DNA of 64,000 nucleotides from Spirochaetia bacterium (GTDB taxonomy: Bacteria; Spirochaetota; Spirochaetia; DSM-2461), in the NCBI GenBank assembly GCA_963666985.2, contig CAXXIA010000002.1, positions 2,560,001 to 2,624,000 of the forward strand. Reading direction: 5' to 3'. The notes beneath the pieces were generated by a model. The model did no database searches. It had not been told where the DNA came from and saw nothing but the letters and a program-made list of their open reading frames with translations. Positions 25,216 through 35,960 of the stretch are shown here, one piece after another (the stretch's first letter is position 1; each line of letters starts with the position of its first letter). The translations under genes were made by a program, and so were the position numbers.

Positions 25216-27382
25216 CGTTCGCCTCGCTCGGCATGCGGAAGGTTACCGTTGTTCCGCCGCCTATAGTGCTTTCTATCGATATCGTTCCGTGCTGACGGCG
25301 TATTAATCGTTCCGATACGGCCAATCCCACGCCCGCGCCTTTTCCCCGCTTCTCGGAATAAAACGGTTCGAAAGCTTTGGCTTGAGTTTCTTGTGTCATT
25401 CCGGTTCCGTTGTCGCGGATATCGACGGCGACGTATCCTTCTTCGCATCGTATGGTAATTTCGATAAACCCCTCTGTTCCGTCGATGGAATCGATGGAGT
25501 TGTTCAGGAGATTGTAAAAAACCTGCATCAGGGCGTCGCGATTTCCGCGGATGCGGCTTGCCTGTTCCGGGGCGAGTCGGATCAGACCGTATCGGATTTC
25601 CTTGCGCTGGAATTTTAAATCGAACAGATCGAGAGCCGTCCGGGCCAGTTCTCCCAAATCGAGCGGTTCCAGGGAGAGTTCCTCGGATACGGCTCCTCCC
25701 AGAAGATTCTTCAGGAGTTTATTAACGCGGTGTATTTCCGACTCCATTCGATCCAGAAAAGTCTTTTGCTGCTCTTCGCTGAGCCGTCCGGTCTGAAGAA
25801 GCTGAACATGGTTCAATATGATGCCCATCGGATTGTTGACTTCGTGCGCGATGTCCGCAGCGAACCGTCCCATCGTCGCCAGCGCCTCCGATCGGACCAA
25901 GGCCGTTTCCAAGGAGAGCCGTTCGGTTATGTCGATAAGAACTAAAATTGTATCGACGGGAGAATCATCCATTGGAAAAATGTCGAGCGAATAGGTTTTG
26001 CCGTTCCATTCGACGGCGGGACTTTCCGTCGGACCGCTTTCCGTCCGTGCGCGGCGGAGTGCCGACTCCACCTGTTCGCGTTTGTCGCCGAATAGGGGCA
26101 GGCTGTAAATGTCGCGCCCCGCCGGTTCGTCCGGCACGTCCAGCTCGATTCTGCCGCCGGCGTTCATCAGGAGAATCGTCCGGTTCGCATCGATAACGAT
26201 TGTAACGATCTGCAGACTGTGGAAAACCGCGTCAATATAGGAATTCATCAGAGTCAGCTGCTCGTTGCGGCTTTCGAGGCGGCTGCGATTCCGTTCAAGA
26301 GTTTCCATCATTTCGTTGAAGTTCTGATACAGTCCGCTGACTTCGTCTTTTCTTTTTGGGAGTATGAGCCGTGCGCCGAAGTCTCCGCGCCTGACGGCTT
26401 CGGTTCCGTTGAACAAGGTTACGATCGATCGGACCAGGGTGGTGCCCGTCCAAATATAGAATCCGACGGGGATGAGGAGACAGAAGAGGCTTAAAAGGAA
26501 CAGTCTTCCGACAATCCCGCCGCTTTCGCCCCAGAATGAGACTCGATTTGAGCCGACATAAAGAGCTCCTATGTCCCCGTTCTCGTCCGTAAGCCGAACA
26601 CGAAGGAAACGGTACTTCTGTCCGTTCATTTGAACGGAAAAGAAACCGTCCTCATCGGCGGTCTCGTCCGTCGCGATGGTATTGATGAGTTCCGGAACCG
26701 AAAAAAAGGAGAATCCGCCGGCGAGACGAATCCCCAGTTCGGCGTCGTACTGGCGGGCCAGACGCGTAATCATGGCCTCGTCGATGTGCATCTGCAGCAA
26801 GAAAAGCCCGACGATTTTACCCTTGGAAAAAACGGGATACAGGTGGTTCATGGAAAGCCCGAACCGTTCTTGAGTATATTGAGCCTTGCCGAATCGTGAA
26901 CCGGTTTCGTTTCGAAAAAGCGTTTCCGGAACGCCTGTTACATTGCCGAAGGAAAGGATTCTGATGAAACGCGAACCGTCGGAGCGGTAAATGGCCGTTG
27001 CGTCGATACGGCTTCCCACCAGATAGCTTTCCACGGTTGCCCGCAGTGTGGCGACATCATATTGCAGCGTGCTTGATGAAATAAGGTCCCAGTATTTGCT
27101 GTAAATATAAAGTTTATCGATCACATAAGGCCGTTCCGTCATTTCACGTGCTTTGGAGAGAACGTCTTCTTCCAAATTGCCGATGTCGTTCAGAATCCGT
27201 TCGGAAATCGAAACCAGCCGTTCCCGTTGGGACGAGGCCGTTTCCGACGAAAGAAACACGGCGGCCGCGGCCGCTATAATAAACGCCGGAGCCAGAAGCG
27301 AGGCTATTGAAAAGGAAATCAGTTCACGTTTGAGCTGCATCGGTAGCGACAGTATAGACGAGGTTCGGACGGTACGCGACAA
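25205..27382 (-). CDS. Sensor histidine kinase (HAMP, PAS-like, HisKA, HATPase)
   Basis: AHEVNNP, NLLNNS, DNGTG, GVGL. Confidence 0.93.
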   Translation of the reverse strand: MSRTVRTSSILSLPMQLKRELISFSIASLLAPAFIIAAAAAVFLSSETASSQRERLVSISERILNDIGNLEEDVLSKAREMTERPYVIDKLYIYSKYWDLISSSTLQYDVATLRATVESYLVGSRIDATAIYRSDGSRFIRILSFGNVTGVPETLFRNETGSRFGKAQYTQERFGLSMNHLYPVFSKGKIVGLFLLQMHIDEAMITRLARQYDAELGIRLAGGFSFFSVPELINTIATDETADEDGFFSVQMNGQKYRFLRVRLTDENGDIGALYVGSNRVSFWGESGGIVGRLFLLSLFCLLIPVGFYIWTGTTLVRSIVTLFNGTEAVRRGDFGARLILPKRKDEVSGLYQNFNEMMETLERNRSRLESRNEQLTLMNSYIDAVFHSLQIVTIVIDANRTILLMNAGGRIELDVPDEPAGRDIYSLPLFGDKREQVESALRRARTESGPTESPAVEWNGKTYSLDIFPMDDSPVDTILVLIDITERLSLETALVRSEALATMGRFAADIAHEVNNPMGIILNHVQLLQTGRLSEEQQKTFLDRMESEIHRVNKLLKNLLGGAVSEELSLEPLDLGELARTALDLFDLKFQRKEIRYGLIRLAPEQASRIRGNRDALMQVFYNLLNNSIDSIDGTEGFIEITIRCEEGYVAVDIRDNGTGMTQETQAKAFEPFYSEKRGKGAGVGLAVSERLIRRQHGTISIESTIGGGTTVTFRMPSEANDGP

Positions 27383-27637
27383 TTGGATTGAATAATGATC
27401 CGCGGAAGAATTATACTCGGCGGCTCCGATGTGATTTCATGAACAAAGAGGCTCTTTTCATCATATTTGAATGTCCTTTCGCCGGAATTTAAGGGAATCT
27501 CTCGAAGAGGAGCGGGACGATAAAAGGCTTGTTTACCCGAAAGCTTCGATGAAGTAACATGGCGTGGAAGCTTTTTAGCCCATGGAGGATCGTGTTCGAA
27601 TCCCCGGAAAATTGATCTGGTACTTCGGATTGAACAT

Positions 27638-28456
27638 ATGAAAGTTGGAATAGACATCGGCGGATCGACCACCGACATCGCCGGATTCGAGAACGGACGG
27701 CTGATTTCCTGTCTTACGGTGAAAGCCAGCGATCCGATTTCTTCCGCCGCCGGCGCTTTGGGACGCTACCTGGTTGAAACAAAACGAAATCTCGGCGACA
27801 TCAACACGCTGGCCGTCACCGGTGTTGGTGCCGGTGCCATCAGCGACGAGCTTTTGGGCATCAGCGTATCCCGGGTGGATGAGTTCCGGGCTATAGGCCG
27901 GGGAGGGGTTTATCTTTCCGGGGTGAAGAGCGCGGTTGTCGCGAGCCTGGGGACCGGAACGGCTTTCGTGGAAGTTGACGGCGATAAGATTTCGCATTGG
28001 GGCGGATCGGGCGTCGGGGGCGGAACCCTGATCGGCCTTTCCAAAGCTCTCTTCGGCGTTTCCGATATCGAACTCATTGCCAAAAAGGCCGCGGCCGGCA
28101 GAATCGAGAAGGTTGATTTAAGTGTGGGAGACATCGCCACGCAGGAAATCCCCGGTCTTCTTCCGGACACGACGGCGTCGAACTTCGCCAAACTTTCCGA
28201 AGACGCCACGGATGACGACTTGGCCATGGCCGTTGTAAATCTGGTTTGTCAAACCGTGGGGATGATCGCCAAAGGCGCCGCGGGAGAAACCGGTCATAAA
28301 ATCGTTGTGCTTGTTGGAAAACTGGCCGCTTTTCCCGCCGCGGCCGGTGTTTTCCGGAAGCTTGGCGAACTCTACGATATTGAATACCGTATTGCTCCGA
28401 ATGCCTCCTTCGCCACCGCCGTTGGGGCCGCTGTGGAAGCCGGCGGATTGGGTTAG
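27638..28456 (+). CDS. Type II (fumble-like) pantothenate kinase
   Basis: GIDIGGSTT, TGVGA, DEFRAIGRG, SLGTGT, GVGGGTL, ASNFAK. Confidence 0.85.
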   Translation: MKVGIDIGGSTTDIAGFENGRLISCLTVKASDPISSAAGALGRYLVETKRNLGDINTLAVTGVGAGAISDELLGISVSRVDEFRAIGRGGVYLSGVKSAVVASLGTGTAFVEVDGDKISHWGGSGVGGGTLIGLSKALFGVSDIELIAKKAAAGRIEKVDLSVGDIATQEIPGLLPDTTASNFAKLSEDATDDDLAMAVVNLVCQTVGMIAKGAAGETGHKIVVLVGKLAAFPAAAGVFRKLGELYDIEYRIAPNASFATAVGAAVEAGGLG

Positions 28457-30273
28457 ACCGGTTGTTTCGTCAGTTCTCGGAAGCGTTGAACAAGTCCGGC
28501 GAAGCCGTTTAAAGCGGAGTCGACCGCCTCGGGTGTGGCCATATCCACGCCCGCGAGTTTCAGCGATTCGATCGGGTATCGGGATCCTCCGGATTTCAGA
28601 AAGTTCAGATAGTCCTCTCTTTCGGAATCTCCGCCTTCCAGGACGCGCTTTGAAAGTGTCATGGCCGCCGAAAGGCCGGTGGCGTATTTGTAAACGTAGA
28701 AGGCACGGTAGAAATGGGGGATGCGGAGTCCTTCCAGATCGCTTGTCTCTTCAAAGTGCATGGCCTCTCCGAGGTAGGCGGTTAGAAGTTCCCTGTATTT
28801 CATCCGGAGACTCTCCAGGGTTAACGGCTCGCCGGCTTCGGCCATTGCGTGCGTATCGCGTTCGAATTCGGCGAACATGGTCTGTCTGTAGATGGTGGCG
28901 ATAACATCGTCGATCTGCTTTCCCACCAGATACGCTTCGATTGCCGGATTATCGCTCTCGGAGATGAGCTTATGAGCCAGGAGCTGTTCGTTGAACGTAG
29001 AGGCCACTTCGGCTTCGAAAATGGTGTAATTGTAGTGCGGAAAGGGATTATTGCGGACGCTGTACCAGGAATGCATGGAGTGTCCGCCTTCATGGGCCAT
29101 GGTGAACACATCCCGGAGCACGTTTTCTTTGAAGTTCATCAGGATATAGGGCTCTCCGGTGTAGCTTCCTGCGCTGAAAGCGCCCGAGCGTTTGCCCTTA
29201 TTTTCATAACGGTCCGCCCAGCGGCCGGCAAGCCCTTTTCGAATGGTATCGACGTATTCGGTGCCCAGAGGGGCGAGGGCCCGGCAGACCACATCGACCG
29301 CTTCATCCCATGTATGACGGACGTCGGCTACGTTTACCAGGGAGACGTAAACATCCCAGGGCCGAAGGTCTCCGGCCGCTCCGAGCCGCTCGGAGCGGAG
29401 TTTGTAGTAATCGTGGAGGGCGGGAAGGTTGCGCCTGACCGAAGCGACCAGGTTGTCGTAAACCTCCACGGGCACTTTATCCGGGAAGAGGGCCTTTGCC
29501 CGTGCGGAAGAATATCCCCGGATGTCCGCCAGGTATTTATCGCGCAGAACGCTGCCCGTATAGAGCTCGGCCAGGGTGTGCTTATGGGCATCAAAGATTC
29601 CGTAGAATTTCTTGTAGGCTTCTTCCCGAACATTTCGGTCCTTATTGAGGAGCAGGGAGGAGTAGGTGCTCTGGGTGAGAGGAACCTCTCCCTCGGCGGT
29701 TTTCACCGTTCCGAATTCCATATCCACGTTGGTCAGGGCGTTGAATGCCTTGCTTGGGGTTTGGGTTGATTCCATCTGTTTGGCCAGAAGTTTTTCCTCG
29801 GCCTGACTGAGCACGTGGGGCTTGAAGCGGAGCATCTTGGAAAGATAGATGCGGTAGGGCTTCAGCAGATCATCCGCAAGAAAGCCCTTCATCATCTCAT
29901 CGTCGATAGCCAGGATTTCCGGTTCCATCCAGCTGGAGGCGGCGGCGAGTTTGGTTGCGATATTCACGTACCTGCCGTTGAGCGCCTGAACTTTTGAGTC
30001 TCCGATGTTTTCGGACTGGCGAAGCATAACATAGTAACCGAGGCGTTCTTCCAGAAGCTCCAGTTCCATAACGGTGTAGTTCAGGGCCTGCACCAGGGTT
30101 TGCGCCGATTCTCCGAGTTTTCCCCGAAAGCTTTCGATTTTCGGGATTCCCTTTTCCAATTCGGCAAGAGCGTTCTCCCAGGCTTTTTCGTCTGCGAAGA
30201 GGTTTGTGAGGTTCCAGGTGTCCGATATTTTGACGTCTTTTCGTTCGGGAATCGATTTCGTTTTATCGCTCAT
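28453..30273 (-). CDS. pepF: Oligoendopeptidase F
   Basis: GKRSGAFS, HEGGHSMH, AEVASTFNE, PHFYRAFYVYKYATG. Confidence 0.95.
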   Translation of the reverse strand: MSDKTKSIPERKDVKISDTWNLTNLFADEKAWENALAELEKGIPKIESFRGKLGESAQTLVQALNYTVMELELLEERLGYYVMLRQSENIGDSKVQALNGRYVNIATKLAAASSWMEPEILAIDDEMMKGFLADDLLKPYRIYLSKMLRFKPHVLSQAEEKLLAKQMESTQTPSKAFNALTNVDMEFGTVKTAEGEVPLTQSTYSSLLLNKDRNVREEAYKKFYGIFDAHKHTLAELYTGSVLRDKYLADIRGYSSARAKALFPDKVPVEVYDNLVASVRRNLPALHDYYKLRSERLGAAGDLRPWDVYVSLVNVADVRHTWDEAVDVVCRALAPLGTEYVDTIRKGLAGRWADRYENKGKRSGAFSAGSYTGEPYILMNFKENVLRDVFTMAHEGGHSMHSWYSVRNNPFPHYNYTIFEAEVASTFNEQLLAHKLISESDNPAIEAYLVGKQIDDVIATIYRQTMFAEFERDTHAMAEAGEPLTLESLRMKYRELLTAYLGEAMHFEETSDLEGLRIPHFYRAFYVYKYATGLSAAMTLSKRVLEGGDSEREDYLNFLKSGGSRYPIESLKLAGVDMATPEAVDSALNGFAGLVQRFRELTKQPV

Positions 30274-30342
30274 TGTTCGGTCCTTTGTTTTACGTTCGGC
30301 GAAGCGTATTCGCGGTCAGGCTTTGATTTCAACGCTTCTAAG

Positions 30343-30428
30343 ATAACGTCCGCTTGCGCGAGGGGGCAAGCCGGCCGTTGGTTCTTACGGGAATATGGCT
30401 TTCATAACGTCCGCTTGCGCGAGGGGGC
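30343..30428. repeat. Perfect 25-bp direct repeat separated by 36 bp
   Basis: ATAACGTCCGCTTGCGCGAGGGGGC at 30343-30367 and 30404-30428. Confidence 0.9.
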
Positions 30429-30600
30429 CGCTAAGGGCGGAGCTGCAAGAGACGGAACCGATCCGAGACCGATCGACCGGCCGTTCCGCTCCGGGGTGAA
30501 ATGAACGATTTGTTTATCCGCGTTCCGTCCGTGTTCATGGTTTCGTTAACCGATTCGGCCGTAGATTCCGGTTAACGTCAACAAAGAATTGAGGTGCACG

Positions 30601-31566
30601 ATGAAGAATAAGAATTATAGAAAAAACAGCGGGAACACCATCCCTCGTAAATACTTCGTTTCCGCAGCGGCCGCGGCCGCATTAACACTGCTCTCCTTTT
30701 CATGCTCACCGAAGGGGGCCTTGATGCGCGTCGAGGCCTCCGAGGTGGGCTTTTCTTCCGAGACCGGGTCCGAACACGAGGAGGTGAAAACCGTTGTTCG
30801 TGTCGCCCGGATCGAACGGAGCGATTTGGAAAATCGCATCAAACTCAGCGGCGAGGTATACGCCACGGGGCGAGTGAATGTGATGCCGGATGTCGGCGGA
30901 CTTTTAACGAAAATCCTCGTATCTCCCGGCGACAGTGTTTCCTATAACCAGATAGTGGCCTACGTGGACTCGTCCCGTCCCGGAGTGTCGTATGCGGCCA
31001 GTCCGGTCCGCAGCAAAGTCTCCGGCACCATAACGGCCGTGCCCGCCGTCGCGGGAAATCAAGTTTCGGTTCAATCGGTTATCGCCGTGGTGGGCAATCT
31101 GGATCGGCTGGAAGTGGAAACAAGAGTTCCCGAGACGTATCTGTCGTATCTGCGTCCCGGCATGAAGGGCCGCGTTACCTCGCGCTCTTATCCCGATTCG
31201 CCTCAAGAGGCGACGGTCACCGAACTTTCTCCTGTTGTCGACGCCCGTTCCCGCACCGTTCTGGTAACTCTGGTGCCCGAATCGCACAGCATCCTTCGTC
31301 CCGGACAGGCCGTTACCGTGGATTTGGTCCTGGAAAATCATGAGAACGCCGTATCGGTGCCTTCTTCCTCGCTGACCGAACGCAGCGGCGGTCAAGGTGT
31401 TTTCGTCGTTGAAAACGGCAAGGCCTCCTGGCGCGGCGTCGGTGTCGGAACGAAAATCGACGGCGTTGTTGAAGTAACCTCCGGTCTGAGCGGCGGTGAA
31501 GACGTGGTTGTCGCGGGAATCGAAGAACTTTCGGACGGCGATCTCGTCCGGATTGTCGAAGGCTGA
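30601..31566 (+). CDS. RND efflux periplasmic adaptor
   Basis: Lipoprotein-like signal, SPVVDARSRT, SGLSGGEDVV. Confidence 0.9.
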   Translation: MKNKNYRKNSGNTIPRKYFVSAAAAAALTLLSFSCSPKGALMRVEASEVGFSSETGSEHEEVKTVVRVARIERSDLENRIKLSGEVYATGRVNVMPDVGGLLTKILVSPGDSVSYNQIVAYVDSSRPGVSYAASPVRSKVSGTITAVPAVAGNQVSVQSVIAVVGNLDRLEVETRVPETYLSYLRPGMKGRVTSRSYPDSPQEATVTELSPVVDARSRTVLVTLVPESHSILRPGQAVTVDLVLENHENAVSVPSSSLTERSGGQGVFVVENGKASWRGVGVGTKIDGVVEVTSGLSGGEDVVVAGIEELSDGDLVRIVEG

Positions 31567-31592
31567 AAAGCCGGCCGAAGGAAAAACACACT

Positions 31593-34500
31593 ATGCTGAA
31601 AACGATATTAAACAGACCGGTGGCCGTGGTTACGGTATTCACGGTTATAGTCATCGTATCCCTGATAATGGCTTTGGGAATCCCTTTGGACATGTATCCC
31701 AATACCGATGTTCCCATCCTTGCGGTGGTGGTAACCTATCCGGGCGCGGGCCCGGAAGAGGTGGAGGAAGAAATCGCATTGTCCCTTGAGGGCGAAATGT
31801 CCGGACTGGAAGGACTGGACACCATGACGACGTATTCTTATGAGAATTACGCCCTGGTGCTCCTGGAATTTAAGTTCGGTTCCGATATGACCGAACTTCA
31901 GGCCGACGTTCGTTCCCGAATCGACCGCGTAAAAGCGGACCTGCCCGATCAGGCCGAGGAACCCCAGCTTTATAAGTACGACCCGTCGTCCATGCCCATC
32001 ATGACATTGGTGCTCAACGGCGACAGAAGCGAACGGGAGCTCGCCCGAATAGCGGAAGACCAAATAATCCCGTCGCTGGAAGCCCTGGAAGGCGTGGCCG
32101 GAGTCGATCTGGAAGGAATCCGGGAAAGTATCGTGCGGGTGGACATCGATCAGCTTGCCCTGGAGTCTTACGGTTTATCAATGACCACCGTCGGTCAAAT
32201 CCTTTCGGCTCAGAACCTGCAGCTCGGCGCCGGCTCCTTTGAAGAAGCGGATAAAGACATCATCATTCGGACCAGCGGCCGTTACGCGAACCTCGATGAA
32301 ATCGGCGATACGGTTATCATGACGGTTCCCGATTCGGACGGAGAAGGGAGTATTCCCATACGCCTGAAGGATATGGGTACCGTGTCCTGGGGATACGCCG
32401 ACGCCGAGAGCCTGGTGCGGATCAACGGAGAGAAGGGCATTACGCTTAACGTCCGCAAAAGTTCGGACGCCAACAGCGTTCAGGCGGCCGACCTTGTAAA
32501 ATCCGAGCTTGAGACTCTGAACGGCAATCTTCCCGGAGGCGTGAGCATCGCTCTGCTCACCGACAGCACCGAAGATGTCCGCACCAACCTTTTTGAAGTG
32601 GGCAAGGCGGCCGTTCTGGGCGTTTTGTTCGCCGTCATCGTCCTGCTCGTGTTCCTGCGGCAGGTTAAGAGCACCGTCATCGTAGGGCTGTCCATTCCCA
32701 TCGCTCTGCTGATAACCGTCGCGGGTTTGGCGATTACGGGACGAACCTTGAACATCGTTACACTCGTGGGCTTGTCCATGGGAGTGGGACTTATCGTGGA
32801 TTCCTCCATCGTTATCATCGAGAACATCTACAGGCTCAGGCAGAAAGGCGCTCCCATGGAGGTTTCCGCCCGCCGCGGCGCCGGAGAGATGATGGCGCCC
32901 ATCGTGGCCTCCACGCTCACCACCGTCGCGGTGTTCCTGCCGCTCATCCTTTATAAGAACGACCTCGGATTCTTGGGCGGATTTTTCGGAGAACTGGCTT
33001 TCGTCATCATCCTGGCTCTTGTGTCGTCACTGGCCATCGCGGCCATCCTGGTGCCCGTTCTTTCTTCGCGGTTTCTTACCATTCATACCCGTGCGGAGAA
33101 ACCGATCGGAAACCGTTTCCTCCGCGGCATCGACGATGCCATGGAACGCGGCTTAACGTCCATGGAGAACGCTTTCGCCGGATTCCTTAAAAAAGCCATG
33201 AAGCATAAGGGACTGGTTATTGCCGTCGCTTTGGGATTGCTCGGCGGCTCGGTGCTCCTGTTTACCCGGATCAATGTTTCCATGATGCCCGACATGCCGG
33301 AAACTTCCATTTATCTGGAAGCGGACTTCCCGACGGGTACCGCCATCGGCGAGACAGAACGGATCTTGATGGATCTTCAGGAGAGAATCGCCGAAGAAGC
33401 CGTCGGAACCGATCGTATTGTCGTTACGGCGGAAAAATCCGAAGGAACCTTGGAAGTCACGTTTTCCGAAGATACGGACGCCTCCGCCGAAACGGCGCGT
33501 CTGAAAGCGGCGATCAGAACGTTCATCGACGATTATCCCGGCGTGGAATTCGTTTTCTCTTCCGGAGATATGGCCGCGCGCGCCTTGTCCTCTTCCGGCG
33601 TGGACGTGGCCGTTACCGGGAGCGACTGGGATGCGATTATGGATCTTGCCGATGAGATTTCCTTGTGTCTGAGCACTCTCGACGGCATCGAAGAGGTGGA
33701 GAACGACGCCGAGCGCGGTTTGCCCCAGGCGGAGATTATCTTCGACCGGAAGGCTTTGTATGCTCATGGTCTGAATGCCGCGAGCGTGGCCGCAGAAGTG
33801 CGCGCTCTGACGGCCGGTACAACGGCGACGACTTATATCGAGGACGGCGAAACCTACGACGTTGTTCTTCGGCTGGCCGAATCGGACCGCTCGAAAGAAA
33901 CCGATCTTGAGCGGCTTTTCGTAACCAACGCCTCCGGCGAGCGCGTGAGTCTGGCGCAGATTGCCGAGATTCGCCGTTCCTCGGGGCCGACAACCATAAC
34001 CCGCGAAGATCAGATTCGCACCGTGCATGTCGTCGGAACACCGGCCGAGGGAGCCGCCATCCGCGATATCACGGACGCCGCCGAATCTCTTTTGTCCGAA
34101 TCAATCGACGAGGTGCCGGGCGCCCATTGGAGCATCGGGGGCGAAATGGACGAATTCGCGGAAACCGGCGGCACCATGGGTTTCGTCATGATTATCGCGG
34201 CTCTTCTGGTGGTGGCGGTGATGGTGGCGCAGTTCGAATCTTTTAAAGATCCGCTGTTGATTTTCATGGCCATGCCCATGATGGTAATCGGTATCGCGGT
34301 TGTCTTCGCCGTTTCGGGAACGACGCTTTCCATGATCAGTATGATGGGTATCGTCATGCTGCTGGGAATCGTGGTGAACAACGGTATCGTGCTCGTGGAC
34401 CATACGCGCCTTTTACGCCGCCGCGGCATGGGCGTGGAGCAGGCGGCGGTTGAATCCGGCCGCTCTCGGCTGAAACCCGTACTGATGACCACGCTCACCA

Positions 34501-34796
34501 CAATCCTTGCCATGACGCCCATGGCGTTCTTCCCCGGCGAAGGGGGAGAAATGATGCAGCCCATGGGGCTTGCCATCGTCGGAGGCCTCACCACGAGCAC
34601 TCTGGGAACCTTGGTGCTCGTACCCCTCCTTTATGCGATTTTCCACAGACGCGAGAAAGACGACTTTACCGGCCGCCGGGAACGCCGGCGCGCAAAGAAA
34701 GCCGCCGAGGCCGACTCGGCGCACGGATTCGGTTCGGAAGCGTTCTTATCCGCGGAAGGTTCCGTTCTCGGCGCAAACCCGAAGGAGAGTGAATAA
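31593..34796 (+). CDS. RND efflux permease (AcrB family)
   Basis: YPGAGPEEVE, GLIVDSSIVIIENI, GIVVNNGIVLVD, RLKPVLMT. Confidence 0.95.
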   Translation: MLKTILNRPVAVVTVFTVIVIVSLIMALGIPLDMYPNTDVPILAVVVTYPGAGPEEVEEEIALSLEGEMSGLEGLDTMTTYSYENYALVLLEFKFGSDMTELQADVRSRIDRVKADLPDQAEEPQLYKYDPSSMPIMTLVLNGDRSERELARIAEDQIIPSLEALEGVAGVDLEGIRESIVRVDIDQLALESYGLSMTTVGQILSAQNLQLGAGSFEEADKDIIIRTSGRYANLDEIGDTVIMTVPDSDGEGSIPIRLKDMGTVSWGYADAESLVRINGEKGITLNVRKSSDANSVQAADLVKSELETLNGNLPGGVSIALLTDSTEDVRTNLFEVGKAAVLGVLFAVIVLLVFLRQVKSTVIVGLSIPIALLITVAGLAITGRTLNIVTLVGLSMGVGLIVDSSIVIIENIYRLRQKGAPMEVSARRGAGEMMAPIVASTLTTVAVFLPLILYKNDLGFLGGFFGELAFVIILALVSSLAIAAILVPVLSSRFLTIHTRAEKPIGNRFLRGIDDAMERGLTSMENAFAGFLKKAMKHKGLVIAVALGLLGGSVLLFTRINVSMMPDMPETSIYLEADFPTGTAIGETERILMDLQERIAEEAVGTDRIVVTAEKSEGTLEVTFSEDTDASAETARLKAAIRTFIDDYPGVEFVFSSGDMAARALSSSGVDVAVTGSDWDAIMDLADEISLCLSTLDGIEEVENDAERGLPQAEIIFDRKALYAHGLNAASVAAEVRALTAGTTATTYIEDGETYDVVLRLAESDRSKETDLERLFVTNASGERVSLAQIAEIRRSSGPTTITREDQIRTVHVVGTPAEGAAIRDITDAAESLLSESIDEVPGAHWSIGGEMDEFAETGGTMGFVMIIAALLVVAVMVAQFESFKDPLLIFMAMPMMVIGIAVVFAVSGTTLSMISMMGIVMLLGIVVNNGIVLVDHTRLLRRRGMGVEQAAVESGRSRLKPVLMTTLTTILAMTPMAFFPGEGGEMMQPMGLAIVGGLTTSTLGTLVLVPLLYAIFHRREKDDFTGRRERRRAKKAAEADSAHGFGSEAFLSAEGSVLGANPKESE

Positions 34797-35137
34797 TGAC
34801 TCGTGTTGAAATCATCGCGCACGAAGCGCTGGAAGCGCCTCTTATTGAAGAACTGATGCCGATTCCCGCGAATTCTCATGATTCCGAAGGGCGTTCGGGG
34901 AAACCGTTCACGCTGAGCCGCGGCGTCGCGGGTCGGGGAAGATCCGGATCGTGCTTCGGCGACGAGGTGTGGCCGGAAACGAACATCAGAATTGTTCTTT
35001 TTGTCGAGTCCGATGAGGAAACGCGTATTCGCGGCGCCCTCAAGCGTGTTCGGGAACGTTTCCCGAAACTCGGGCTGGCGGCGTTCGCCGCTTCGGACTA
35101 CGATGAGTGGTACGACGGTACGGAAGGCGATGATTGA
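34796..35137 (+). CDS. PII-like transporter-associated protein (PG0541-like)
   Basis: RVEIIA...GRGRSG...GDEVWPETN; paralog at 42662-42946. Confidence 0.7.
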   Translation: MTRVEIIAHEALEAPLIEELMPIPANSHDSEGRSGKPFTLSRGVAGRGRSGSCFGDEVWPETNIRIVLFVESDEETRIRGALKRVRERFPKLGLAAFAASDYDEWYDGTEGDD

Positions 35138-35192
35138 CATTCAGGTTTTCGCCTTGGCTCCGTTGTTTTTTCCGGAGTGTACGGAGGAGCCT

Positions 35193-35960
35193 TTGCAAGC
35201 GACGGTTCTCATCATCGAAGACGACAAGGATATCGCGGATTTGATCGCCATGTACCTGGGCCGTGACGGTTTGGAAACCGTTCTTGCCGAGAGCGGCGAG
35301 AGCGGACTGGAAGCTTTTGAACGGGACCGGCCCGACTTGGTGGTGCTCGACATCAATTTGCCCGGAATGGACGGGTATGAAGTTCTTCAAAACCTGAAGA
35401 ACCGCGGGGATGTCCCCGTAATCATGGTAACCGCCAGGCAGGAAGACGAGGACGCCATTCTCGGTTTCGGGATGGGCGCGGACGATTATGTCTACAAGCC
35501 CTTCAGCCCGAAGGTTCTGGCCGCGAGAATCCGCACGCATTTAATGCGGGTTCGGAAGACCGCCGCCGCCCTTGAGGAGGCTTCCTTCCGATCCGGCGGG
35601 TTCTGCGGGGATTCGGGAAACCAAACGCCCTCGGACGAATCGTTTATGAGTTTCGGCTCCTATCATTTGGATGCGCGATCTTATGCGCTGCTCAAGGACG
35701 GAGAAAAAATTTCTTTAAGCCCGAGGGAAATCGATTTATTGATTCATCTGGTTCGAAACGCCGGACGGCCTCTCGACCAGAACGAACTTTACAGAGATGT
35801 TTGGAAGCGGGAGTACGGTGACATTTCCACCGTTGCCGTTCATATCCAGCGGCTTCGGAAGAAAATCGAGGACGATCCGGCGAATCCCCGGTGGCTTAAA
35901 ACCTCTCACGGCCGAGGCTATTTTTTCGATCCCGAGGGTGCCTCCGGCGAATCCTTATGA
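35193..35960 (+). CDS. OmpR-family response regulator
   Basis: LIIEDD, DINLPGMDG, KPFSP, winged helix; TTG start after GGAGGAG. Confidence 0.92.
   Translation: MQATVLIIEDDKDIADLIAMYLGRDGLETVLAESGESGLEAFERDRPDLVVLDINLPGMDGYEVLQNLKNRGDVPVIMVTARQEDEDAILGFGMGADDYVYKPFSPKVLAARIRTHLMRVRKTAAALEEASFRSGGFCGDSGNQTPSDESFMSFGSYHLDARSYALLKDGEKISLSPREIDLLIHLVRNAGRPLDQNELYRDVWKREYGDISTVAVHIQRLRKKIEDDPANPRWLKTSHGRGYFFDPEGASGESL

Noticed and set aside
30343..30428. Mini-CRISPR array
   Set aside because: Only two non-palindromic copies, no leader or cas genes; kept only as a direct repeat
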